Shown here: positions 63,845-64,000 of the stretch, one piece after another
Numbering within the stretch: the first letter of the stretch is position 1
How the letters are laid out: each line of letters begins with the position of its first letter
NCBI RefSeq assembly: GCF_018350175.1
Contig: NC_058373.1
Span: 107,076,001-107,140,000, forward strand
Length of the DNA stretch: 64,000 bases
Source of the DNA: Felis catus
Taxonomy: Eukaryota
Direction of reading: 5' to 3'
Notes under the pieces: generated by a model
What the model saw: the letters and a program-made list of their open reading frames with translations, nothing else
Databases searched by the model: none
Told to the model about the DNA's origin: nothing
Position numbers and translations under genes: made by a program

Positions 63845-64000
63845 CATCTTGCTAGATACCAGCCACATACATTATCTCATTTAATAATAGTGAGAAATGG
63901 GTATTATTTCCATTTTATAATGAGAAGTTAAAGGTTCTGAAATGTCAATGATTATCACATAGCTAGTCAGTAATCAAACCTGGTTTCAAATCCAGAACTA
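63845..64000 (-). mobile_element. MIR SINE
   Basis: attatctcatttaat...cccattttataatgagaa...tcacatagctagt...ggtttcaaatccag. Confidence 0.7.

Overview
This is 64 kb of AT-rich, CpG-depleted mammalian genomic DNA from a cat-family (Felidae) carnivore. The assignment rests on about 27 tRNA-derived Can-SINEs, including young SINEC_Fc-type copies, and felid-type L1 3' ends. I found no protein-coding gene, RNA gene or CpG island that I can support. The ORFs I can assign are L1/L2 ORF2 fragments or SINE/microsatellite read-throughs, and none of the rest resembles a protein I recognise. The window is a layered transposon record: old L2, L3/CR1, MIR, hAT MITEs (Arthur1-like, MER33, MER45A, MER58, MER5), MaLR/ERVL LTRs, old L1M, carnivore L1s and Can-SINEs. 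The most notable items are: (1) a decayed ERV1-type 3' end with LTR, polypurine tract and a gamma-type env TM fossil that the ORF track does not show; (2) a three-level L1 nest whose innermost copy looks like an inverted, tail-less twin-priming product; (3) three L1s with short apparent 3' transductions; (4) a Can-SINE without a TSD that joins an L1 ORF2 to the ERV flank; (5) a strong CTCF-like motif and a few weak exon-like segments. I do not see evidence for a new biological system. Repeat subfamily names come from recognition by eye, and boundaries without TSDs are approximate.
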